64,000 bases of DNA, from NCBI GenBank assembly GCA_965197645.1, contig OZ240219.1, positions 2,624,001 through 2,688,000 of the forward strand. The letters are read 5' to 3'. The notes under the pieces are model-generated. The model did not search any database and was not told the origin of the DNA. It saw only the letters and a program-made list of their open reading frames with translations. The position numbers and the translations under genes are program-made. The DNA comes from Dehalococcoidia bacterium. Its GTDB lineage: Bacteria > Chloroflexota > Dehalococcoidia > Plut-88900. Positions 48,931 through 58,134 of this stretch are shown one piece after another (position 1 is the first letter of the stretch; each line of letters opens with the position of its first letter).

Positions 48931-49752
48931 CTAGTCGTCAAAGTGGAGGGTGACCTCCCCACCAATCAGGGTCTTGAGTGAGCCGTCGGCCAGCCTCAAC
49001 AACAGGCGGCCTTCCTCATCCACCGACTCTGCGAGTCCCTGTTCAACCCAGCCCACCTCATCTTCTCGACGCCACTGCGCCCGGATCTGCCGCCCGATGG
49101 TGGACACGTACGGCTTCCAGGCGGTCAACGGGCTGTTTCCCGCTTTCGTGGAGTCGTAGAGGGCGTCCATTTCCGTGAAGAGCGCTTGGAGGACCTGCGT
49201 TCGGGACACCCGTTCCCCGACTTCGACCATGAGGCTGGTGGCCGGCGGGTGGATCTCGGACAGGGTTTCGGGAGCGATGTTGACGTTGATCCCGATGCCA
49301 ACGTTGACGTGGGACAGGCTATCGCCGCTATAGGTGTTGGTGATGAGAATGCCTGAGACCTTCTTGCCGCTCAGCTGGACGTCGTTTGGCCACTTGATGC
49401 GCGGCGCCAGGCCGCAGCACTTCTCTATCGACCGGACGATTCCCAGGGAAGCGATCATGTTGATCTTGGGCAGCACCTCCATCGTCGGCCTGAGAATGAG
49501 GGATATGGCGACGTTGGTCCCCCTGGGAGTAACCCACTTCCTATCGAACCGCCCTCTCCCCGCCGACTGATGGTTGGCCACCACCGCCGTTCCCTCAGCA
49601 GCCCCATCGTTGGCGAGCCGGTCGGCGACGTCCATAGTCGTTGGCAAGGAGTCGAAGTAGTGGACCTCCCGACCGATCAATCGGGTGTTCAGGCCGGACC
49701 GGATTGTTTCTGCGGAGTACTCGTCGGTAACCAAAGGCGACCCCTGCGGCAA
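48931..49752 (-). CDS. birA: Biotin--protein ligase (no HTH domain)
   Basis: QSAGRGR..RKW, KWPND, KVSGIL, GIGINVN. Confidence 0.9.
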   Translation of the reverse strand: MPQGSPLVTDEYSAETIRSGLNTRLIGREVHYFDSLPTTMDVADRLANDGAAEGTAVVANHQSAGRGRFDRKWVTPRGTNVAISLILRPTMEVLPKINMIASLGIVRSIEKCCGLAPRIKWPNDVQLSGKKVSGILITNTYSGDSLSHVNVGIGINVNIAPETLSEIHPPATSLMVEVGERVSRTQVLQALFTEMDALYDSTKAGNSPLTAWKPYVSTIGRQIRAQWRREDEVGWVEQGLAESVDEEGRLLLRLADGSLKTLIGGEVTLHFDD

Positions 49753-49800
49753 TGATAAGAACTGCGCGGCATGGTGTCAAAAGATTGGGCTGGGGGACAT

Positions 49801-50334
49801 CTATATGAAGACCAACAGCAGGTTTAGGACCAGCAGATGCGCCAGGAACCCGAGCACCGTTACCACCACCGCCTTCATGGTGCTGTTGTAGTCCAGGGCC
49901 TGTCGAACGGCGATTATCACGGCAACGATCCGCCAGATGTACGCAGCAGCTACGATGACAATGGATACGATGGTGATGGGAATGATGGCTAGCAAGGTCA
50001 ATAGCAGAGGGGTGGTGGCGAATCCCATGGTCCGCGCCAACTGGCCCCAGCTGGCCTCGGTTTGAGGCTCGCGGATCAACCTAGTGCCGATGAAGTACAC
50101 GGCGTATGCCCACACGGCCCAGCCCAATAACCCGAAGAGTATGTAGAAGGCCACGCCGGCCGCTCCCAGGGTCCCGAAGCTGCCTATCCCCAGGGCCAGG
50201 CTGGTGATCAGGACAACCACCATGGCCTGGATGGTTGCCGTCCGGTCGGCTTCCACCTCCTCGTACAGAGAGACGTCCAGTTTTGCGGCGCGTATCATCC
50301 GCGGGATGAGCATCCGGCTTCGGGTATCTTGCAT
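49801..50334 (-). CDS. YIP1-like membrane protein
   Basis: YEEVEAD, RTMGFA, AVRQALD; about 5 TM helices. Confidence 0.7.
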   Translation of the reverse strand: MQDTRSRMLIPRMIRAAKLDVSLYEEVEADRTATIQAMVVVLITSLALGIGSFGTLGAAGVAFYILFGLLGWAVWAYAVYFIGTRLIREPQTEASWGQLARTMGFATTPLLLTLLAIIPITIVSIVIVAAAYIWRIVAVIIAVRQALDYNSTMKAVVVTVLGFLAHLLVLNLLLVFI

Positions 50335-50488
50335 CTTGGGGCCGGCCCTCCTTGCTTGGGTGTCGCTTAGTCGTGAGTATCCTGTGTTGTGTAACGTCGG
50401 TCAATACCTGCAGGATACCGGTTATCGACACTGCTGCAACCTAAGACTATAATTTTCGCATCTGGAAGGCCGAAAAAGGGGGAGTCAA

Positions 50489-51397
50489 GTGACAAATGAG
50501 CGAATCGTCTACCTAAACGGTGAAATGGTCCCCGAAAGCAAAGCCGTGATCTCGATCCACGATCGAGGCTTTATCGCCGGCGACGCCGTATTCGACAATA
50601 CCCGTACCTTCAACGGGGTCGTGTTCAAGATGAAGGAGCATATCGACCGGCTGTACGCATCGGCTAGGTACCTTCGCATCGATCCGGGAATGAGCAAGGA
50701 GAAGATGGCCGAGCTGACCCAGCAGGTGGTGGACGCCAACTTCCCCATCGAGCAGGAGGACTTCTGGGTGATCCAACGCATAACCCGGGGCGTGGAAGCG
50801 CCGTCTCACAGCTCTGCCGACAGCAGCCAGCCCACAGTAATCATCCAGTGCGAGCCCATCCCCTTCGCCAGCAGGGCCCACTACTACAGGAACGGCATCC
50901 CCCTGATCACCCCCTCGATCAGACGAACGCCTCCCTCCTCGATGAGCCCCAGGGCCAAGATCCAAAATTATGTTAACGTGACCCTCGCCAGTCTGGAGGT
51001 GGAGGCCCAGAACGAGGACGCCTGGGCCCTGCTGCTGGACACCAACGGCAACATCTGCGAGGGCACCGGTCAGAACATATTCCTGGTCAAGGATGGGACC
51101 CTCTACACACCCGACGAAAGGTACACGCTGCAAGGGGTCAGCCGGCAGACGGTGATCGATCTTGCGCGAGAGCTGGATGTCAACCTGGTGGAAGGCGACA
51201 TGGATATGTTCGACGCATACAACGCCGATGAGGCGTTTATGACGGCCACCAGCCTGTGCATCTGTCCGGTATCCAGCATCAACGGTGCGCCCGTCGGCAC
51301 GGGCAACGTGCCCGGTCCCGTGACGGAGAGGCTGACCAACGCCTACAGCGGATTTGTGGGCCTGGATATCACCGAGCAGTATCTATCGAAGCTGTAG
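50489..51397 (+). CDS. Class IV PLP aminotransferase (BCAT/DAAT-like)
   Basis: DRGF..GDAVF, HIDRL, AKIQNY, EGTGQNIF, L.GVSR. Confidence 0.88.
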   Translation: MTNERIVYLNGEMVPESKAVISIHDRGFIAGDAVFDNTRTFNGVVFKMKEHIDRLYASARYLRIDPGMSKEKMAELTQQVVDANFPIEQEDFWVIQRITRGVEAPSHSSADSSQPTVIIQCEPIPFASRAHYYRNGIPLITPSIRRTPPSSMSPRAKIQNYVNVTLASLEVEAQNEDAWALLLDTNGNICEGTGQNIFLVKDGTLYTPDERYTLQGVSRQTVIDLARELDVNLVEGDMDMFDAYNADEAFMTATSLCICPVSSINGAPVGTGNVPGPVTERLTNAYSGFVGLDITEQYLSKL

Positions 51398-51409
51398 AAC
51401 GCCTCTCGC

Positions 51410-51520
51410 GACCATCCCCCTAGCCCCCTTCCTGGCCAGGAAGGGGGCACAAAAAGAGATAAGTTCTGAGGGACACCCTCAGGCTCCCAGCAAAGGGGCT
51501 TAGCCCCTCTGCACACCCCG
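51410..51520 (-). repeat. REP-like element (family A-related)
   Basis: GACCATCCCCCT..CCC.TTCCTGGCCAGGA...CTGAGGGACACCCTCAG...CCCCTCTGCACACCCC; same orientation as 52334. Confidence 0.8.
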
Positions 51521-51566
51521 TGTTTTGTCAACCTGCTATCAGCAGTTGGGCAACGTTCGCGATGGA

Positions 51567-52295
51567 TTACAGGTTGAGGATGGAGAAGGACACCGCGTAA
51601 TCGCAGCCCACCTGCTCTCCGACCGCTGCGGCGCCGAAGGTGAGGAACATCTCGGGATCGAAGCCGCCTTCCAGGTTGTCGATGTAGACCTTGTGCTCCT
51701 TCAGTGAGGCCACTCCCCTATCGATGTAGTCGGTGACGTCGACGTAGTAGGTCGGCTGGGGAGGGTGGCTGATGAATATCCTCTTGACCCCTGTCCAGGG
51801 ATCGTATCCCTCGGCAACCAGTTCCGGGAAGATCCACCGGTTACCGGCGTCGCGGGCGGCGTCCAGCACGGCCAAGCCCACCCAGCGGTGGTCGGCCATG
51901 TTGAAGGTCTCGGAGCCCCAGGTCAGCTCGTGGTTGCCCGAGAGGATAACGTCGGGCTTGTGCTTACGGATGACCCTGGAAATGTCCCGGCGGAGATCGT
52001 TTCCGTATTCGATAACGCCATCGACGTGGTCCAGGAACTCGACGACGTCGACACCCACCACTTTTGCGCTCGCTATCTGCTCCAGCTCCCGGAGGGGCCC
52101 GGCTTCTTCTGGCGCCACCGAGTCGATACCGGCCTCGCCCCGGGTGACCATGAGATAGATCACCTCTTTGCCCTCGTCAGTCCAGCGAGCAATGGCGCTG
52201 GAGGATCCGAACTCCAGGTCGTCCGGGTGGGCGACTATGGCCATCATCTTGTTCCAATCTTCGGGAAGTTCTTGCAGCTCGGGTTGTTCGGACAT
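51567..52295 (-). CDS. PIG-L family deacetylase
   Basis: AHPDD, TRGEAG, REQ-like motif, ADH. Confidence 0.9.
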   Translation of the reverse strand: MSEQPELQELPEDWNKMMAIVAHPDDLEFGSSSAIARWTDEGKEVIYLMVTRGEAGIDSVAPEEAGPLRELEQIASAKVVGVDVVEFLDHVDGVIEYGNDLRRDISRVIRKHKPDVILSGNHELTWGSETFNMADHRWVGLAVLDAARDAGNRWIFPELVAEGYDPWTGVKRIFISHPPQPTYYVDVTDYIDRGVASLKEHKVYIDNLEGGFDPEMFLTFGAAAVGEQVGCDYAVSFSILNL

Positions 52296-52333
52296 CCGTT
52301 ACCTCGCTCTAGTACGGTACTGAAAGGCCTTTC

Positions 52334-52458
52334 GACCATCCCCCTGTCCCCCTTCCTGGCCAGGAGGGGGAAACAAGAGGTTTCTGAGGGACGCCCTCAG
52401 ACTCCCGGCCCCCCAGCAGGCGGTCACAGAAAAAGTGCTCCGCCCCTCTGCACACCCC
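52334..52458 (-). repeat. REP-like element (family A-related)
   Basis: Near-copy of 51410-51520. Confidence 0.8.
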
Positions 52459-52509
52459 TAGCCTGGTTGACAGGCGGTCTGGGACAAGACGGAGGGTAGT
52501 CTAGCACAT

Positions 52510-52899
52510 GGGACGGCAAGGAGACCTGTAAGCCGAGTTCTGTGTCTCGACGGAATCGAGACGGTGGCCATCTATCTAGGCCCGACGTTGCCGGCGGGCT
52601 CAAGCGGCCAACCCGAGGACGGGCCGGGGCCCATAGTCCTCCTATTTGGCCTTGCTCCGGATGGGGTTTGCCCAGCTAGCCGGTCTCCCGGTCTACTGGT
52701 GAGCTCTTACCTCGCCATTTCACCCTTACCCCGACTCGCCGGCCTGAGCCGGCCCATCGGGGCGGTACGTTTCTGTGGCACTTTCCGTAGGGTTTCCCCT
52801 CCTGGGAGTTACCCAGCATCCTGCCCGGTGGAGCTCGGACTTTCCTCTCCGGCCCTTCCGAGGAAGGACTGAAGCGACCACCCGGTCTCCATGCGTCCC
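52510..52899 (-). ncRNA. rnpB: RNase P RNA (type A)
   Basis: Reverse complement has GAGGAAAGTCCGAGC, AAGTGCCACAGAAA, GGGTGAAA, GAGCAAGGCCAAATAGG, ACAGAACTCGGCTTA; the ends pair as P1. Confidence 0.95.
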
Positions 52900-52904
52900 G
52901 CTTA

Positions 52905-52934
52905 AGCGTACTGTAACTGCTCGCAGCGGGTCAA
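52905..52934 (-). promoter_or_regulatory. Sigma70-type promoter for rnpB
   Basis: TTGACC (52934-52929), 18 nt, TACGCT (52910-52905); the -35 overlaps the rnhA stop. Confidence 0.6.
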
Positions 52935-53350
52935 ACCCGTCTCCGGTCCAGCGCCCGATTGCAGAGCGCGTCGGCGTGGCGGTTCTGCGACCGAGGCACG
53001 TGCCGGATGGTGTACTGATCGAACCGGTCCAGGAGCCGCTGGGCCTCTCCGGCCAGGGACCTGAGGTTCGGCTTCTTGATCCGGTATCCGCCGCTGAGTT
53101 GCTTGACCACCAGCTCCGAGTCCAGCCTGATCTGGACAGAACCGATCCCCAGCTCGAGGGCCTTGGAGAGGGTCTCGATGAGAGCCTGGTACTCGGCAAC
53201 GTTGTTGGTGGTCCTGCCGATGATACGACTCACCTCGCCCAGCACTCCGCCGTTGGGGTCCTGGACTACGCCTCCGATGGCCGCCGGCCCGGGGTTGCCC
53301 CGCGATCAGCCATCGGAGTACACCTGCGCTGTAGTAACCTTCTCCGCCAT
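52931..53350 (-). CDS. rnhA: Ribonuclease HI with in-frame UGA at codon 15 (selenocysteine candidate, or pseudogene/sequence error)
   Basis: MAEKVTTAQVYSDG*SRGNPGPAAIG...TNNVAEY...LDSELV...HVPRSQNRHADAL; the ORF track starts it only at 53245. Confidence 0.85.
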
Positions 53351-53357
53351 CTATTGC

Positions 53358-54056
53358 TCAGCTTACGTAGAGGATCCGGCTACAGCTGGTACACTGCACG
53401 ACTTCTTGACCGACCCGCGCCCTCTGCACGATTCCGACAGGGAGGGTGATGCGGCATCCCTGGCACATCCCTCGTTCAACCTTGGCTATCGTCGAGACAC
53501 CCTTGGAGCTTCGGACGGACTCGTAGACGCCAACAGCGCCGCGATCGATGGCGGCCGCCAGGCCTTGCCGCTTCTTTCCCAGATCGCTCAGCTGCACTTC
53601 AAGCCTGGCCTTCTCGTCCGCTAGCCGCTTGAGGTCATCGTCCCGCTGGGTCTCCAGGGCGGCGAACTCGGAGGAAGACTCCTCCAGATTGATCCTGGCT
53701 TCGTCCACCTTGTCCATCAGAATCAGGGACTTTTCTTCCACATCTCCTATCTGTCTTTTCAGGATAGCCGCCTCCAGAGCGAAGCCCTCGAGCTCCCGGG
53801 GGTTGGTTATCGAGCCTCCGTAGGCCTTCTGCTCGACCGATTTCAGCTTGGTCTGAAGGTCGGAAAGGGTGTTGTCCACATCTCGCTGTTCCCTGTCCAG
53901 GCCGGCGAGCTCTTCCGTACGACTAGAGACGAGCTGCTTCAGCTTCTTCAGGGCCTCGTCGTCTTCCAGTTGCCGTATCACCTCGGACAAGTCCGATTCC
54001 CGATCGTGGATATCCACGTCCAGAAGGTGCAGCTGATACAGATCTCTGGTGCTCAT
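53358..54056 (-). CDS. Coiled-coil C4 zinc-ribbon protein (DUF164-like)
   Basis: Long coiled coil then CQGC...CTSCSRILY; upstream of rnhA-rnpB. Confidence 0.85.
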   Translation of the reverse strand: MSTRDLYQLHLLDVDIHDRESDLSEVIRQLEDDEALKKLKQLVSSRTEELAGLDREQRDVDNTLSDLQTKLKSVEQKAYGGSITNPRELEGFALEAAILKRQIGDVEEKSLILMDKVDEARINLEESSSEFAALETQRDDDLKRLADEKARLEVQLSDLGKKRQGLAAAIDRGAVGVYESVRSSKGVSTIAKVERGMCQGCRITLPVGIVQRARVGQEVVQCTSCSRILYVS

Positions 54057-54292
54057 GTCAAATCCCAAGGATACAAAAAGGGCCGGGAAACGTTGTTAGA
54101 GATAACGAACGCCACCTCGATTGGTTCAATTCTAAAAACAGGGCTGGGCGGTGTCAATGAATCGCTCTCCCACAAAATCTGCTGCGAGAACTACGGAGGC
54201 CATAAACTGTTCTGCAGTATGGTCCGGGTCAGGCGCCTGATAATGTGCTAAACTTTTTTTGTTGCTCGGATGACCTTCGATAGGCATCAGTT

Positions 54293-55702
54293 ATGTCGCG
54301 AACCAGACTAACACTCGTTATTATGGTCCTCACCATGGTCGCCGTGGTAGGCATCGCCTGCCGGACTTCCGGTGCGGCTACATCAGGAGAGCCTGAGGCC
54401 ACGCCTATCCCCGAGGTGTTCATCCCAGACGAAGGACGCATCCTCTACGAGGCGTGGCGGGTCATTATGCAGGACTTCGTCGAGCAGGACATTCTCGACC
54501 CCCGGCTACTGAGCGACGGCTCGATACTGGGGATCATAGCCAGCGATGAGGAGACTGTTCTATCTCTGCAAGCGGCCAGAGACCTGGTATACGACCTGGA
54601 CAACGCCGGCGGATTCTTCGATATCCCGGGCGGGGAGCAGCTGCGGGAGGCCTACGAGGTCTGGGCCTATGCCTACGAAGAAACGGTGGAAGAAGGCGAT
54701 AGGACCGTGCCGGAGCTCAACGAGGCAGCGATACGGGGATTGGTCGGCGCCCTGGGAGACCCGTACACCTCCTATCTGACGGCCACCGACCTGGAACTGG
54801 ACCGGTCGGACCTGAGAGGCTCCTTCGAGGGGATTGGCGCCTACGTTTCGACCAACGACGACGGATACCTGGTGATCATAGCTCCCATTGAAAACACTCC
54901 TGCGGAGGCGGCCGGAATACGTCCCGGAGACATCGTCCTGGAGGTCAATCGAGAGCCGACCAATCTGATGACCCTGCAGGAAGCCATCTTGAAGATAAGG
55001 GGTCCCGAGGGTACGTCGGTCCACCTGCTGGTCAAACACCTGCTGGACGACGAGCCCGTGGAGATAACCATCACCCGGGGCGAGATACCCAGGTACAGCG
55101 TGGCCATGTACATGGAGAGCGACTTGGTAGCCCGGATCAGGATAGGGGTGTTCACTCAGAGAACTCCCGAAGAGGTGGAACTGGCGATAAGGCAAGCAGA
55201 AGAGGCTGGGGCCCAGGGGTTGATTATAGACGTGCGGCAGAATCCGGGAGGCCTCTTGGCCGAAACTGTCGAGACGACAGGGATTTTCCTCGACGGCGGC
55301 CTGGTACTGACGGAGGAAGACGGTACCGGTAGGGTGGTCGATTGGACCGCCAAGTCCGGCGGGACAACCGATATACCGTTGGCAGTACTCGTAGACCAGT
55401 TCAGCGCCAGCGGCGCTGAAGTGCTGGCCGGAGCGCTCCAGGACAGAGGCCGAGCCGTCCTCATTGGCGATCTTACCTTCGGCAAGGGCAGCGTGACCCA
55501 CCTGAGAATCCTTAGCGACGGATCGGGCATCTACATCACCTTCGCTCGCTGGTACACACCCTCCGGCGAGCTGATAGAGGGTGAGGGGGTCGAGCCCGAT
55601 ATCGAGGTGCTCTTCACGGAAGCTGACCTGGCTGCTCAGCGAGACCCCCAGGTGGAGGAAGCGTTGCGATACCTGGAGGAGCTTGTCACTGCCGGGACTT
55701 AG
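54293..55702 (+). CDS. ctpA: S41 carboxy-terminal processing protease (lipoprotein)
   Basis: GIAC lipobox, DPYTSY, FEGIG PDZ, DVRQNPGG, SASGAE, TFGKGSV. Confidence 0.92.
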   Translation: MSRTRLTLVIMVLTMVAVVGIACRTSGAATSGEPEATPIPEVFIPDEGRILYEAWRVIMQDFVEQDILDPRLLSDGSILGIIASDEETVLSLQAARDLVYDLDNAGGFFDIPGGEQLREAYEVWAYAYEETVEEGDRTVPELNEAAIRGLVGALGDPYTSYLTATDLELDRSDLRGSFEGIGAYVSTNDDGYLVIIAPIENTPAEAAGIRPGDIVLEVNREPTNLMTLQEAILKIRGPEGTSVHLLVKHLLDDEPVEITITRGEIPRYSVAMYMESDLVARIRIGVFTQRTPEEVELAIRQAEEAGAQGLIIDVRQNPGGLLAETVETTGIFLDGGLVLTEEDGTGRVVDWTAKSGGTTDIPLAVLVDQFSASGAEVLAGALQDRGRAVLIGDLTFGKGSVTHLRILSDGSGIYITFARWYTPSGELIEGEGVEPDIEVLFTEADLAAQRDPQVEEALRYLEELVTAGT

Positions 55703-55744
55703 GCCCGGCCTCATCGGCCCCGGCGTCACCAACCTTTTCCTGCA

Positions 55745-56206
55745 ATGAAGACCATCACCGTCAACCGGAAGGCCCGGCATAACTACCACATTCTCGAAAC
55801 CGTGGAGGCGGGCCTGGTGCTGACCGGAACGGAGATCAAATCGATTCGAGCAGGGCGGGTGAGCATCGCCGAGGCGTTCGCCCGGGCCCAAAACGACGAG
55901 CTCTGGCTTTATAACGCCCACATAGCCGAGTACCCGGGCGCCAGTGTCAACAACCACGAGCCCACCAGGCCGAGGAAGCTGCTCCTCCACTACGATGAGA
56001 TGCGGAATCTCATAAGCAAGTCCGAGGAAAGAGGCCTGGCCCTGGTCCCCCTCAGGCTTTACATCTCGAACCACAGGGCCAAAACAGAGCTGGCGCTGGC
56101 GAAGGGCAAGAAGCTGTACGATAAACGTCGCAGCATTGCCGAAAAGGACGCCCAGCGTAACATTCAGAGGGCGATACGCCGCCGAGTCGGGCAGCTCACG
56201 TCCTGA
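55745..56206 (+). CDS. smpB: SsrA-binding protein
   Basis: NRKARHNY, EAGLVLTGTEIKSIR, RKLLLH, KGKKLYDKR. Confidence 0.97.
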   Translation: MKTITVNRKARHNYHILETVEAGLVLTGTEIKSIRAGRVSIAEAFARAQNDELWLYNAHIAEYPGASVNNHEPTRPRKLLLHYDEMRNLISKSEERGLALVPLRLYISNHRAKTELALAKGKKLYDKRRSIAEKDAQRNIQRAIRRRVGQLTS

Positions 56207-56252
56207 GCCCCTTTCCTAACTCCTCTCCAGGCCCCAACCACGCAGGCATCCG

Positions 56253-56261
56253 TGCTATAAT
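56253..56261 (+). promoter_or_regulatory. Extended -10 promoter of ssrA
   Basis: TGcTATAAT 17 nt upstream of the mature 5' end. Confidence 0.7.
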
Positions 56262-56278
56262 TTGACCGTTGTAACCGT

Positions 56279-56635
56279 GGGGACGCGTGGGTTCGACAGA
56301 GGGCGGGACTGTTCAGGGTTGCAGGCCGAGGTGCCGTTAACCTCGTAAAACAAGCGGCACAACTGTAACTGGCAACCGTCAGTTAGCAATGGCTGCCTAG
56401 TAACTTAGGTGGTCCGTCCAACCCGGTCTCCCTCGAAGGTTGGGATTGGGCGCCGATAAATCGAGGTGCGGCGGCCCCGATGCCGATAAGGGACGAGTAA
56501 GACATCATCGGATAGCCCGAAGGAACTCGGTCGGTAGAGGTCCGAAGGGCGAAACTCAAAGAGCCGACTAAGCCTGTAGTGGCTCTGGATGGCCCCCTTC
56601 TGGACGGGGAGTTCGACCCTCCCCCGTCTCCACCA
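56279..56635 (+). ncRNA. ssrA: tmRNA; tag (A)GNRQLAMAA** at 56371-56403
   Basis: 5' GGGGACG pairs with 3' CGTCTCC-ACCA including a G3.U pair; T-loop GTTCGAC; directly after smpB. Confidence 0.95.
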
Positions 56636-56650
56636 AGAGCGCATATTTGC

Positions 56651-56681
56651 CGCCCCCGGACTACCCGGGGGCGTCTCTGTT
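56651..56681 (+). terminator. Hairpin terminator after ssrA
   Basis: CGCCCCCGG-actac-CCGGGGGCG followed by TCTCTGTT. Confidence 0.65.
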
Positions 56682-56712
56682 ATCAGTGCCGTTCCGGTTG
56701 TGACGGCAAAGG

Positions 56713-57144
56713 ATGGCTGCGGGAAAACGTATAGGTCTGATGATGCCGGAATTGACGAGTTCGCAGACGGCAGAGCCAGAGGTGGATGAGGGACCGGTGA
56801 CCGTGGTAGCCACTTACCTGAAACTGCGAAGCTGGCTGCGGCTCTGGCGGTTCTTCAGAGTGAACGGGAAAGTCGAGCGCCAACTGAAGACCACGCCCGG
56901 CCTGATCGGCTACTGGTTGAACGCCGACTTTCTACGGTTGCGATTCTCCACACTGTCAGTGTGGGAAAATGACCCTGCCGTCGATACTTTCGTGAGGACC
57001 GGCTCCCACCGGGAAGCCATGGCCATGTTCGATAAAATCGCTCTCCGAGATGAGTCCCACTTCGTGCGATGGAAAACGTCGGACCCTCACGAGACCACCT
57101 GGGAGGAAGCCGACCGGCGGCTGTCCGGAATGGGTCATTCCTAA
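56713..57144 (+). CDS. DUF3291/ABM-like small protein (start may be 56740)
   Basis: PGLIGY, TLSVWEN, H.EAM dimeric alpha-beta barrel pattern. Confidence 0.65.
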   Translation: MAAGKRIGLMMPELTSSQTAEPEVDEGPVTVVATYLKLRSWLRLWRFFRVNGKVERQLKTTPGLIGYWLNADFLRLRFSTLSVWENDPAVDTFVRTGSHREAMAMFDKIALRDESHFVRWKTSDPHETTWEEADRRLSGMGHS

Positions 57145-57253
57145 CGTTACCGGCAGACTGAGGACAATCGAAGGTCTAAACTCGGTGCCCCTCTATACCG
57201 GGTTTGCGACGTCCGGAGTGTTTTCGGTAGTGGAGCCTCAAAGGCAGGGGCTG

Positions 57254-58024
57254 CTACCAGGCTGTCCAACCACCGTCCACGCTCAAGACCTGGCCGGTGA
57301 CGTAGGTCGATGCATCTGAGGCGAACAACAGCAATGCCCCGGCAAGCTCCTCGGGCTGTCCCATACGCCCCATGGGAGTGCGCTGCTCAATCTCCTCCAA
57401 GACGTCGGGATTCTCGTGGACCCCTCCGCCAAGGTCGCTGGGAAAGTAGGCCGGGGCAATGGCATTTACGGTAATGCCCGTTTTCGCCCACTGAACGGCG
57501 AACTCCTTGGTCAGACCGATGACCCCGCTCTTCGAGGGCGTGTATCCTATGCTGGCGTCCGCCGGCATGGCTGCATTGATGCCGGATACTGAGGCGATGT
57601 TTACGATCCTACCGTACCCCCGGGCAAGCATCTCTTTGCCCACCTGCTGGGATAGGTTGAAAACGCTGACCAGATTTACGTCTATCTCCTCGACGAACTC
57701 TTCCAGCGTCTTCTCATCCGCCACTCCCGTCGAGCCTATCCCTGCGTTGTTCACCAGGATGTCGATTTTTCCGTACTCGTCCAGGGTCCTGGCGACGAAC
57801 TCTTGGACTTGGTCGTTCTGGCTCACGTCCGTTTGTAGCGTGAGGCACCTTCGTCCCAGAGCACGAACCATCTCTCCCGTCTCTTCCAACGGCGCCTGTC
57901 TGCGAGCGCAGATCGATAGGTCGGCCCCTGCCTCTGCCAGCACCCGGGCAAAGGTAACACCCAGTCCGCCGGAAGCTCCTGTGACTATTGCCACTCTTCC
58001 ATCGAGTCTAAACAGATCGGTCAT
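57254..58024 (-). CDS. SDR oxidoreductase (gluconate-5-dehydrogenase/FabG-like)
   Basis: TGASGGLG, NNAG, YTPSK, VDGGWTAW. Confidence 0.92.
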   Translation of the reverse strand: MTDLFRLDGRVAIVTGASGGLGVTFARVLAEAGADLSICARRQAPLEETGEMVRALGRRCLTLQTDVSQNDQVQEFVARTLDEYGKIDILVNNAGIGSTGVADEKTLEEFVEEIDVNLVSVFNLSQQVGKEMLARGYGRIVNIASVSGINAAMPADASIGYTPSKSGVIGLTKEFAVQWAKTGITVNAIAPAYFPSDLGGGVHENPDVLEEIEQRTPMGRMGQPEELAGALLLFASDASTYVTGQVLSVDGGWTAW

Positions 58025-58134
58025 GAAGGCATAGTCCAGACCTGGGCGTAGTTAGTATGACCCCTACCCTCTGGAGGAGTTCGGATGATCCCCAAGGTTG
58101 CCGGCGCGTTGTCGCCTAGGTAAAGCGTCGCCTC

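Noticed and set aside
53306-53308. Genome-wide UGA reassignment (code 4/25) as the explanation for the rnhA UGA
   Set aside because: Many conserved genes here end correctly at TGA (smpB, purE, purB, tpiA, miaA, rnhA itself), several in ATGA/GTGA overlaps
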